Assembly (NCBI GenBank): GCA_018062315.1
Contig: JAGOSM010000001.1
Span: 12,529-76,528, forward strand
Length of the DNA stretch: 64,000 nt
Reading direction: 5' to 3'
Source: Simkaniaceae bacterium
GTDB lineage: Bacteria; Chlamydiota; Chlamydiia; Chlamydiales; Simkaniaceae
A program made the translations under genes and the position numbers. The notes under the pieces were generated by a model. The model was not told where the DNA came from. It saw nothing but the letters and a program-made list of their open reading frames with translations, and ran no database searches. Each line of letters starts with the position of its first letter. Positions within the stretch are counted from its first letter, which is position 1. Of this stretch, positions 1 through 8,953 are shown one piece after another.

Positions 1-1101
1 ATGATCTATAGCTCCCTGGGACTCAAGAAGGGAGTTTAAAAAGGACAAATAGGTCGTGTTTTTTTTAGAACGCTTACCCTCAGAACTTCCCCTTTTAATC
101 AAATCGTAAATGTATTGAATCGCCTCACCCTTCATGGGATCCCGAGTATAAAGATGAAAAGCGAGTTCGTGTACAAGTTTAAGAAAAGCCCTTCTTAAAG
201 GATCTAACGCATAAGGATCCTGAGAAAGAGTTTTTGCATAATCCATATTACAAAGGGCATCTCGTAAATATTTCAAATGATCAAGCATGTAAAAAAGGGA
301 ACTTTTGCCAGAAGCATGCTGCATCATATTTCTCTCATAACCCGCCAGCATAAGGGCCATTACCGATTTCGTAAGCTGGTTAATCATCTCGATTTCTTTA
401 AATTTTAACGCATGCTGGCAAAAGGGGTTGAGGTTAATCAATCCCCTCATATCATGAGCTGTTGCATGAAGATCTTTATCTACAATTAATTTAATCTTAA
501 GAAGAGGATCCTCTCCTTTATCAACAACAATTTCATCAAAATCAGTAACAAGACGGATGTGACGAAGCAAGTTGCGGTTAAAATAGGGTTTCCCCTCATT
601 ATCTCGAATCAGAAAAAGTTCATATCCATGATCTTTCTTAACTGTTTCAAGATCTTTAAGACCCACCCGTTCAATATCTAATGCCGACTGTTCCTGATAA
701 AGCCACTCTTCCTTCCAAGCTTCCTCTGTCTCAAGAACCTCCTCAAATCGTTTGACAATTTTATCTAAATAAAATTCCTGAAGTTTTTCAAACTCCTCAC
801 TGACAAAAGCGGGCCTTCCGTGAATTTTAGCAAACAGAGCACTACATTTATTCAGTTTCTGCGCTGCCTCCCCCGCAAGCTGCATCATGGCCTGCAGTCC
901 CCTCTGCATTTCCTTTTCTTTGAGGTGCTCCTTGTCGTGTTTGTAAATATTCTGTAAATAGTCGTAAACTGCTTTAAATGAACCGTGAATGATCTCGACT
1001 TTCGGCATTTCTCCTTTTTTTTCATCTAATTCAGCAAGAGCAGAAAGATGATCCACCGCATCTGTAATCGACATCTCTTCTAATTTATTTTTCTTAACCA
1101 T
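1..1101 (-). CDS. hypothetical protein, C-terminus cut by the window edge
   Basis: Minus-strand frame opens at ATG 1101-1099 (MVKKNKLEEMSITDAVDHLSALAELDEKKGEMPKVE...). No stop was seen in the segments I translated by hand down to position 1. It is absent from the ORF track, presumably because it has no stop in the window. No motif recognised. Confidence 0.55.
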   Translation of the reverse strand, partial: MVKKNKLEEMSITDAVDHLSALAELDEKKGEMPKVEIIHGSFKAVYDYLQNIYKHDKEHLKEKEMQRGLQAMMQLAGEAAQKLNKCSALFAKIHGRPAFVSEEFEKLQEFYLDKIVKRFEEVLETEEAWKEEWLYQEQSALDIERVGLKDLETVKKDHGYELFLIRDNEGKPYFNRNLLRHIRLVTDFDEIVVDKGEDPLLKIKLIVDKDLHATAHDMRGLINLNPFCQHALKFKEIEMINQLTKSVMALMLAGYERNMMQHASGKSSLFYMLDHLKYLRDALCNMDYAKTLSQDPYALDPLRRAFLKLVHELAFHLYTRDPMKGEAIQYIYDLIKRGSSEGKRSKKNTTYLSFLNSLLESQGAIDH

Positions 1102-1151
1102 AAACGCACCTCTTAATTACATTTTATATGTGCGCATAATTAAAAATGAAA

Positions 1152-1895
1152 TTATTTCACAAATATCTCTCTTTCAACATTATTAAATTCACCACTCACT
1201 TCTTTCCCCACAGCATCAATCAAGGTCAGTCGAATTTTATGAGGCCCTTTTGCAAGATCACTGATGGAATAAGGAGCCCACGCATCGATAACCTTAACTT
1301 TCTTATTATCAATGCGTAAAATCACCTTATACCCATCTGGAGCAAGCGTACAATTGGAAAGGTAAAAATCAAGAAGGATAGCCCCTCGATCAAAGGTTCC
1401 CTGCGGTTCATTATATGTTAGAAGGGGAGCTGCTTGATTAAATTCTAAAGGAATCCTGTCTTTTCGATCACTCACACTAAAAGAAGCCATGCTAAATCCC
1501 CCTTTTCCCTTTAAACATTCTCCAAAAGAGCGGCAAAGAAGAACCCGCACAAGGTGCTTTCCTCGTAAAAGGGGAGTTTTTATCGTGTACGAAGCAAGAG
1601 ATCCCGATAAATGAGAGATATCTACATAAGGCAAATCATCGATAAAAAGGTGAATAGCTTGTCCTTGAGGATCTCCCCGAAACTGATTTTTGCGCTCAAA
1701 TTGACTAATAATCCCTAAGGGAAACCCTGTGACTTTCATCGTCATATTCATAGGGAAAGCAACCACATTTGAACCATTTAAAGAGGGGTTAAGCATAATA
1801 GAGCTCCCCTCGATTTCCGCTGTTTTTTCAAGCAAAGTGATCTGTACCCCAAATAAAGACAGGGATGTGCACAAGAACAAAAAGACCTTTTTCAT
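1152..1895 (-). CDS. hypothetical exported protein
   Basis: 247-aa ORF with an N-terminal signal-like segment MKKVFLFLCTSLSLFG. No family motif recognised. Confidence 0.6.
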   Translation of the reverse strand: MKKVFLFLCTSLSLFGVQITLLEKTAEIEGSSIMLNPSLNGSNVVAFPMNMTMKVTGFPLGIISQFERKNQFRGDPQGQAIHLFIDDLPYVDISHLSGSLASYTIKTPLLRGKHLVRVLLCRSFGECLKGKGGFSMASFSVSDRKDRIPLEFNQAAPLLTYNEPQGTFDRGAILLDFYLSNCTLAPDGYKVILRIDNKKVKVIDAWAPYSISDLAKGPHKIRLTLIDAVGKEVSGEFNNVEREIFVK

Positions 1896-1974
1896 GAGAC
1901 TACCTCCAGAACGGAGATATACTGCATCGATAAAGGAATTGCTAGAAAAAATAAAGACCCTTTAAAATAGAGGG

Positions 1975-2814
1975 ATGAAAAAATGGATCACAGTTCTTGG
2001 CGTCATAAGCGCTCTTGTTGTTGGAGAGAGAGTATACCACTTTGCAACCGACGGATTTTATGAGTCTCGAATTGTGGCAAACCTCCCTAATAGAGAAGAA
2101 TGGGAATCCCCCATTACCCCCCCAGAAGGAGCCCTTTTGCAACCCTATTATTATTTAGGTTGCGGAGGGCAAAGCTTTGTCTTTACAAGCGAAGATGGGA
2201 AATTTGTCCTTAAATTCTTCAAACATCACCGATGGAAAAAGACTCTATGGAATATCTTACATGGGAGAAGTGAAGAAGAAAGGGTCTATTCCCGAGATCA
2301 CAGCCTCAGGAGCGCTATCTACGCTCTAAAATACCTTCCTTCAGAATCCCGTGTTGAATATGTCCATCTCAATACAGGCGACCACCAGCTCCCTACAGTA
2401 ACCTGCATTGACCGCCTGACAAGAGTCCACCATTTTGACCTCAATAAGTACCAATTTCTTCTTCAACGCAAAGGGTGCACTTTAAAAGAACAACTCCTTA
2501 AAAGAAAAAAGAAGGGGGATTTAGAAGGGGCGAAACAAGATATTAAAAATACTCTCAATCTCTACATTGCATGTCATCAAAAAGGAATCGAAAATCATGA
2601 TCCGAAAGTCCTACGCAACTTTGGTTTTTTCAAGGATACCCCTATCGTTATTGATTCAGGGGCCCTCTGGGAATATCTAGGAGAAAATCCAGCTCCGATT
2701 CCTATAGAAAAGATGAAAAAAGAAACGCAATCTCTCATCAAATGGGCTAAAATTCACTACCCCCCTCTTACTCAAACGATTGAGGAATGGATTAACGACT
2801 ATTCCGTAAATTAA
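1975..2814 (+). CDS. membrane-anchored protein with protein-kinase-like motifs
   Basis: N-terminal hydrophobic anchor (WITVLGVISALVVG). Gly-rich loop GCGGQSFVF followed by FVLKFFK. Catalytic-loop-like HDPKVLRN and DFG-like VIDSG, in the canonical order. Confidence 0.6.
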   Translation: MKKWITVLGVISALVVGERVYHFATDGFYESRIVANLPNREEWESPITPPEGALLQPYYYLGCGGQSFVFTSEDGKFVLKFFKHHRWKKTLWNILHGRSEEERVYSRDHSLRSAIYALKYLPSESRVEYVHLNTGDHQLPTVTCIDRLTRVHHFDLNKYQFLLQRKGCTLKEQLLKRKKKGDLEGAKQDIKNTLNLYIACHQKGIENHDPKVLRNFGFFKDTPIVIDSGALWEYLGENPAPIPIEKMKKETQSLIKWAKIHYPPLTQTIEEWINDYSVN

Positions 2815-2858
2815 TCTTTACACAAATTTTACATCCCTTTAATGTCTCTAGGGATAAA

Positions 2859-4436
2859 ATGCGTTTTTTGATTGTTATTCTTTCCTTTTTTTTTCTCATC
2901 GGATGTGATCGGGGCAAACCGGCAAAAAAAACTCTTAAAGTGAATTTTGCCGCTGAACCGAGCACTTTAGACCCGCGGAAAGGAGGAGATATTCCTTCAT
3001 GCACACTCCAGTTCATGCTTTATGAAGGACTTGTACGGTATGCAAAAGACCCCTTAGATCGTTTTGGGATCGCAGAACGGATCGATATTTCCGATGACAA
3101 ACAAACCTACACCTTTCACCTCAGAACCTCGAAATGGAGTGACGGCCACCCTCTGACAGCTCTTGATTTTGAATATGCCTATAAGTCGATGGTATCCCCT
3201 TCGTTCCCTTGCCTTAATATCAACCTCCTTTATCCCATTAAAGGAGCAAAAGAAATCAAAGAAGGACTTCTTCCTACCGAAATTCTGGGTGTGACAGCTC
3301 TTGATGAAAAAACTCTCGTCATCAACCTTGCTCATCCCACCCCTTATTTTCTCGATCTCCTCTCTTTTAGTATCTTCTTTCCTATTCCTCAACATCTTGC
3401 AGAGAAAGACCCTAACTGGGCTAATCAGAAAGATCTTTCCTTAATTTCAAATGGCCCCTTTGTAGTGTCAAAATGGAACCATCACGAAAGTCTCCTCCTT
3501 ATAAAAAACCCCTATTATTGGCAAAAAGACTCTATTCATATCGATGAGATCATAGTTACTTTAATCGGGGATCAAAACACGACATTAGAAATGTTTGAAA
3601 GAAAAGAACTCGATATTTTAGGAGTCCCTTTTAGTTCTCTTCCCGCAGATGCCGCTAAGTCCCTTATAGAACAAAATCTCCTTCAAGCAAGACCTACTTC
3701 TGGCACCTCTTTTCTAGCCTTTAATCTTTCTAAAACCTTCTTAAATAATCCCTCCATTAGAAAAGCCCTCTCTCTTTCCATCGACAGGGAACTCCTCATC
3801 CAAAATATCACTCAACTGGGCGAAAAAGTCGCAACAGGAATTACTCCCCCTAATTTAAAAAGGCCCCAACAACAATTTTTTCAATTTCCCTGCGACCCCT
3901 CTTTAGCCCAAAGCTATTTAAAACAAGGGCTCGAAGAACTCGGCATGACACAGAACGACATCCCCCCTATAGACTACCTTTTCAATCTCAACGATCCTCA
4001 TAAGAAAATTGCCCTAGCGATCCAAGATGCCTGGCGCGAACACCTAGGGATCACAGTCAATCTAAGAGGTGTAGAGCTTAAAGTCTATCTAGACAATCTC
4101 TCTTCAAGAAATTTTGATGTGAGTCAATCTTACCTGCTCGCTCAATTTAGCGATCAACTCAACATCCTCGATCGATTTAAATATCGAGATAACCCCAAAA
4201 ATCATCCCGGCTGGTATAACCCCACCTATGAAGCCCTGATTAATCACTCCTTCTACTTAGAAAAAGAGACGAGAGACCGAATTCTAAGCAGAGCAGAAGC
4301 GCTACTCATTGAAGAAGGGGCCATATCCCCCCTTTACCACTGGAGTTCAGCGGCTATGGTCAACCCTAAACTCCATGGCATTTACCTATCAGATATCAAT
4401 TCCATTCATTTCCAAGGAGCTTACCTGGATGAGTGA
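2859..4436 (+). CDS. ABC transporter substrate-binding lipoprotein, family 5 (OppA/DppA-like)
   Basis: Lipobox FLIGC after a signal peptide. 525 aa with family-5 SBP-like blocks (FAAEPSTLDP, SDGHPLTALDF, NPYYW). Confidence 0.85.
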   Translation: MRFLIVILSFFFLIGCDRGKPAKKTLKVNFAAEPSTLDPRKGGDIPSCTLQFMLYEGLVRYAKDPLDRFGIAERIDISDDKQTYTFHLRTSKWSDGHPLTALDFEYAYKSMVSPSFPCLNINLLYPIKGAKEIKEGLLPTEILGVTALDEKTLVINLAHPTPYFLDLLSFSIFFPIPQHLAEKDPNWANQKDLSLISNGPFVVSKWNHHESLLLIKNPYYWQKDSIHIDEIIVTLIGDQNTTLEMFERKELDILGVPFSSLPADAAKSLIEQNLLQARPTSGTSFLAFNLSKTFLNNPSIRKALSLSIDRELLIQNITQLGEKVATGITPPNLKRPQQQFFQFPCDPSLAQSYLKQGLEELGMTQNDIPPIDYLFNLNDPHKKIALAIQDAWREHLGITVNLRGVELKVYLDNLSSRNFDVSQSYLLAQFSDQLNILDRFKYRDNPKNHPGWYNPTYEALINHSFYLEKETRDRILSRAEALLIEEGAISPLYHWSSAAMVNPKLHGIYLSDINSIHFQGAYLDE

Positions 4437-6516
4437 TTGGTTTACCATCATCCCCAATTTCCCCTATCCAGATACTCTTCACCCCCATCAAGATTCCTTT
4501 ATTTTTTCCATTGAACATCTGCTCCAAGAGATCGTAGAGCCCCCTCTTCCTGAAGAACCTCTAGATACCTTTTACCTCAATTTAAAAAAGAAACTCCCCC
4601 TAATTCATTATACTTTTCCATCTCCCGCCGACACCCTGATTTTAAGCGCCCTTTGCCTTGGAGAATTTGGGCATGGAATGGGTCGTTTTATCTCAGACAC
4701 CTGTTCTCGATGGATCCTTCCCGGAAAGCAAATCCCTATTGTCATGGCTCGCTCACTCAACTTCGTCTTTGCAGGCCATAGCACAACTCAGTTTTTCATC
4801 AATCAGTTAGTGCTTCATATCAATCCAGAAGAAGATCTCGTCAATATTAAAAACCATATCCAGCATCTTATTGAAAATATGAGACTTTCTATTTTAGCGG
4901 TCGAACAAACAAGAAAAATCGTCAGCATGAAATCTCTCACTCTGAAGCAGAAAAAAATTGTCCTAGAAGAAAACCTCACTTCGCTCATCAAAAGACCCGA
5001 AAAAAATGCCAGTACAATTTTTGATTATGCCCACCATCTCGTGGTAAAAGCGACGAGCGAAGAGAAAATGGAAGAACTCCACAAAACACTCTCCCCCCTT
5101 TTAACCATTAATCCAGAAACCTTCGATAGAGATCTTTTTGAAGAAATTCATCCTTTTCTTTCCCTTTTTAACGACTCTTTTAAAGCTATCCGAGAGTCTA
5201 AACACCTGATTCGCTTAATTGCTTACGAGCACCTATTTAAAAAAATCCTAAAACACTCTCTGACTCATCACCCTTCTCATGGGCAGGTAAGCCTTAAACT
5301 TTTAAGAAGCTCTCTTTGTTATGAAAGGTTAAAACAACCTGTTCTCGGGATCCTCGTCGGCATTAACCTAATGAGTGATCATGAGCTTTTAGAAGAAAAA
5401 CATCTCTTTCGAGCTGTCCAAACCATCATTCCCCAAGCGATTAAAGTACCCCATTCTTATCTTACAGATAGGCGCTCTGATCCTCGTATGCGTATCGCTT
5501 ATTTAGAAATAAAAAAAACAGGAAGAACGCCCCTTTCTCAAGCAGAAATTGCAGACCTACGGAAAAAACTTCCATCAGAGATCAAAAAGAGAATTGAAAC
5601 GGTGGTGCATCCCCTACATATTGAACCCAGTGAAGAGGAAACGATGAGGCATATCCTCCTCCTTTCTAAAGAAATTCAATCCATCAAAGATCTTCCCCAA
5701 ACAAGTATTCATTTTCACGATCAAACAACGCAGCATATTATCTTCTCAGTCATCCTATTGCGCCTTGTGAAAAATGGGGAAAAATCACTCAAATCCTTAA
5801 TTGACCTCTCCCCTTTTTCGACAGACATTACCGAAATTTCTACAAAAATTGTAGGGGTGATCAAAAAACGGTATCTCAAAGAAGCTAATCTTTTTGAAAT
5901 CCGTCTCAATAAAAAACCCTTCTTAAGAGAAGATTCTTCACTAGATCTACGCATGGGACGTCAGTGTGTGATCAGCATCCTCACTCATCTTTTCGGGGGA
6001 GTCAATGATTTTAACGGGGGAATGGTCTCTAAACAACAAGAACTCCTTTCTGAACTAAAAGGGCTCCTGAAAGGGAAAAGTCGTCAAAGTGCCTTTCTTG
6101 TTGAAAATTTCTTCTATTCTATTACCCCAATCTACATGCAAAGCCTCCTTCCCCCTTCTCTTTTAAAAACGTTTTTCTTTCTCCTGATTGAAGCTCTAGA
6201 ACATAACTTTACGGCAGAACCTTTTTTTTCAAAAACAGAAATTCTCCACAATACATTTATGATGATGCTGGCATCTCCTCATTCCCTTTTGATCGAGACC
6301 ATCCACTCTAAGTTACAAGAAAACAAAACTCTTTTCAGTGAATTGACCTGTTCAAAAGTCAGTAGCTATGAATTACACACCCTTGGTTATCTCTTGAATT
6401 TTGAAGAGCAAAGCGAGTATATCGAGTTGAGAAACATCATTCTATCAGCCATTGTAACCTGGCAAGGTACTGAATGCCCAATTATCAAACCCACTCTATT
6501 GCCAATCTTATCTTAG
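4429..6516 (+). CDS. large hypothetical protein
   Basis: Long ORF. I place the start at ATG 4429 (MSDWFTIIPNFPYP), overlapping the upstream stop by 8 nt. The 4309 start in the track would lie inside the preceding gene. Confidence 0.65.
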   Translation: MSDWFTIIPNFPYPDTLHPHQDSFIFSIEHLLQEIVEPPLPEEPLDTFYLNLKKKLPLIHYTFPSPADTLILSALCLGEFGHGMGRFISDTCSRWILPGKQIPIVMARSLNFVFAGHSTTQFFINQLVLHINPEEDLVNIKNHIQHLIENMRLSILAVEQTRKIVSMKSLTLKQKKIVLEENLTSLIKRPEKNASTIFDYAHHLVVKATSEEKMEELHKTLSPLLTINPETFDRDLFEEIHPFLSLFNDSFKAIRESKHLIRLIAYEHLFKKILKHSLTHHPSHGQVSLKLLRSSLCYERLKQPVLGILVGINLMSDHELLEEKHLFRAVQTIIPQAIKVPHSYLTDRRSDPRMRIAYLEIKKTGRTPLSQAEIADLRKKLPSEIKKRIETVVHPLHIEPSEEETMRHILLLSKEIQSIKDLPQTSIHFHDQTTQHIIFSVILLRLVKNGEKSLKSLIDLSPFSTDITEISTKIVGVIKKRYLKEANLFEIRLNKKPFLREDSSLDLRMGRQCVISILTHLFGGVNDFNGGMVSKQQELLSELKGLLKGKSRQSAFLVENFFYSITPIYMQSLLPPSLLKTFFFLLIEALEHNFTAEPFFSKTEILHNTFMMMLASPHSLLIETIHSKLQENKTLFSELTCSKVSSYELHTLGYLLNFEEQSEYIELRNIILSAIVTWQGTECPIIKPTLLPILS

Positions 6517-6941
6517 TTCTTCCCCTATCCATTTGGAGCGCCTACCACTTCTTTGCCCCTAATCAAGAAGAAGTAGCAACCTTTGCCGGTTGTTTTATCT
6601 ATACAACTCTTTTTATGAGTCCCGATGTAGACCTTGCGAGCAAGAATAAACTCCTTTCTCTCAAAGGAATTCTCACGCTCCCTTTTCATCTCTACGCTCG
6701 CCTCTTTTCTCATCGAGGTCTATCCCATATGCCCGTTATTGGAACCCTGACCCGCCTTCTCTATCTTTTCTTCCTCTTTCTCATCATTTACACTCTTTAC
6801 TATGAAACAGCTCCTTCTTTTTCCAAAATACACGCCTTTATACATTCCTACTCTTCTCTTTTTTTCTCAGGATTTTTAGGCGCCTGCATAGCAGATATCG
6901 CACATGAAGGATTAGATTTTTTCGATTTCTCTTTAAAATAA
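6474..6941 (+). CDS. small polytopic membrane protein, possible metal-binding hydrolase-like (DUF2227/YdjM-like)
   Basis: 155 aa, several hydrophobic helices and His-rich motifs (QTHS, SHRGLSHMP, ADIAHEG). The family assignment is tentative. Confidence 0.5.
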   Translation: MPNYQTHSIANLILVLPLSIWSAYHFFAPNQEEVATFAGCFIYTTLFMSPDVDLASKNKLLSLKGILTLPFHLYARLFSHRGLSHMPVIGTLTRLLYLFFLFLIIYTLYYETAPSFSKIHAFIHSYSSLFFSGFLGACIADIAHEGLDFFDFSLK

Positions 6942-6963
6942 TTCTTAAGGATGTGTTAAGATT

Positions 6964-7782
6964 TTGTTTATGGATACATCACTTGCCCTCTATAGTCCCA
7001 TCACTACTTCCGGAAGAAGCAGCACATCTATTCTAGATCCCTTTTCTGAGCATCTAGATTACGTGAACACACAGTTAGAAGAACTCAAACTTCCTTTAAC
7101 TCCTGATGAATTTTATCTTTTTCTTTCTCATTCCCATTCTCATCCCTATCCTTACCAAGCTATTGCAGATCTTTCTCCTTTAGCTGCATCCCATCGAACA
7201 AAGCTCACTTTTTTAAGCATGGTAGAAAAATCAACCATAGAAGAATACATGCACGGAAAGATCGCTGCAATCACAGCTGCCTTTGATATTCAGACCTGTG
7301 CTGCAAAAGCTTTTCTATCATCAGATCACCTTTTTCAATTGCTCAAGCTTGCCTATTTCGTACGCTCCCCTTTCACTAAAGACTCTCTTGAAGCTGTCGA
7401 GCTTCGCATTTTAAGAGGAAGAGTCAAAGCCCTCCCCTCTTTTCCTCTCATTTACAAAGAATTTATCGAAGAAGAGCGGATCAGTTTTGATACTCAACTT
7501 ATCTCCGCACCCAACATAGAAGATTTAGAGAATGATCCAAAGGAAGTTCTCTATATTCATACATGGATTAAAAATGCATATTATTCCCTTTGTTTCATGA
7601 AAATGCATAACAAACCTTATATTGAAGCGCAGGGCTCCCTGATTCAAAAGGTCATTTCACAACAGTTAACATTACTTCCCACCTATAAAACCTTAATCAA
7701 AGAAGAAGGCTACTACGAAGCTATCGAAAGAGGACTCCATATCCTCAATCGAACACTACAGGAAGGCACTCCGTCTCTTTAA
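6964..7782 (+). CDS. hypothetical protein
   Basis: 272-aa ORF with a TTG start at 6964; an alternative ATG lies at 6970. No motif recognised. Confidence 0.55.
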   Translation: MFMDTSLALYSPITTSGRSSTSILDPFSEHLDYVNTQLEELKLPLTPDEFYLFLSHSHSHPYPYQAIADLSPLAASHRTKLTFLSMVEKSTIEEYMHGKIAAITAAFDIQTCAAKAFLSSDHLFQLLKLAYFVRSPFTKDSLEAVELRILRGRVKALPSFPLIYKEFIEEERISFDTQLISAPNIEDLENDPKEVLYIHTWIKNAYYSLCFMKMHNKPYIEAQGSLIQKVISQQLTLLPTYKTLIKEEGYYEAIERGLHILNRTLQEGTPSL

Positions 7783-8953
7783 TGAGGAAGGAGATGATAA
7801 GCCCAAAACAAGAGCAAAGAGGGACGAGAATGAGCGAAATTTCGTATGCATGAACGGAATAAACATCGCCCACTGCCTCAAAACAAGACAGAAAATACCC
7901 TGCGAGGGGCTGTAAGATAGCCCCTCCAGCTACTACCGCCATGTTTGTCAATCCCATTGCAGTAGAAGCGACGGCAGGAGAATTATTTTCTCTAATCAGA
8001 GGAAAGCATAGAATTTGGCCTCCAGAAGCCATCCCCATCAGTAAGAGAGCTATGTAGAGTCCAATCAGAGAAATCTGACAATAAAGGGCCACCAAAGAAG
8101 CAAAGAGACCTACAACTGAGGCTAGTTGAAGAAAGATTTTTCTTTTTCGCGCAAAATCAGAAAGGTATCCGATGAAAGGACTCATCACTCCAAGCCCGAG
8201 CCACATCATCATAATCGCTTCCGCCGCATCGGTATTCGACAGTTGATATTTGCTCATGACAAAAGGGATTCCCCAAAGGGAAGCAAATACGGCCATAGGA
8301 CCCCATGCCGTAAAAGCATAAAGGGCGATCCAATAATTTTGCTTCCATTGAAAAATCCGTTTTAACGAGACAGAAAACTGAGCTGTCTGGTGGACTGTTT
8401 TTTTTCCTTTCATCACGAAAGCGATCAAAATAGCGAGGAATATCCCTCCAATACCGAGAGAGATACTCATCTGACGCCACCCATAAATATTCACAAAATA
8501 GGCAAGAGGAAGCTCCCCTCCAATGGCCCCTAAAGCGGCTAAAAATTGAGTAATTCCAGCAAAAAAAGCAAAATAGGGATGAGGAAAATAGAGGGAAGCT
8601 ACGGTTAAAACCCCTACAAAGGCAATGGCGGAGCCAAAACCCATCAGAAACCTACCAAGCCCTGCTATTTGGACATGATCTGTGTATCCAAAAAGAAGCG
8701 CTCCTCCAGAACAAATCAAACAAGCTATAGAAAGAAGCGAGGCCAAACTCCATCGATCTAATAAGATTCCTGAAGGAATCTGCATCAAAGTATAACTATA
8801 AAAGTAAACAGAGGCCATCACTCCCAAAGCCCCCGCCTGAATGGAAAAATCATTCATTAAAACTTCGGTCATGATACTTGGAGAGACCTGAAGTGCCATA
8901 ATATAAAAGAGAAAAAGAGCTGCTAAACCATAACAAACACAACCTTTAATCAT
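7745..8953 (-). CDS. MFS transporter
   Basis: 402 aa, about 12 hydrophobic segments and MFS-like loop motifs. The start overlaps the upstream stop by 4 nt. Confidence 0.8.
   Translation of the reverse strand: MIKGCVCYGLAALFLFYIMALQVSPSIMTEVLMNDFSIQAGALGVMASVYFYSYTLMQIPSGILLDRWSLASLLSIACLICSGGALLFGYTDHVQIAGLGRFLMGFGSAIAFVGVLTVASLYFPHPYFAFFAGITQFLAALGAIGGELPLAYFVNIYGWRQMSISLGIGGIFLAILIAFVMKGKKTVHQTAQFSVSLKRIFQWKQNYWIALYAFTAWGPMAVFASLWGIPFVMSKYQLSNTDAAEAIMMMWLGLGVMSPFIGYLSDFARKRKIFLQLASVVGLFASLVALYCQISLIGLYIALLLMGMASGGQILCFPLIRENNSPAVASTAMGLTNMAVVAGGAILQPLAGYFLSCFEAVGDVYSVHAYEISLILVPLCSCFGLIISFLIKETECLPVVFD

Noticed and set aside
4309-4428. N-terminal 40-codon extension of the 735-aa ORF in the track
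   Set aside because: It lies entirely inside the 3' end of the OppA-like gene in another frame. The ATG at 4429 gives a standard short overlap.
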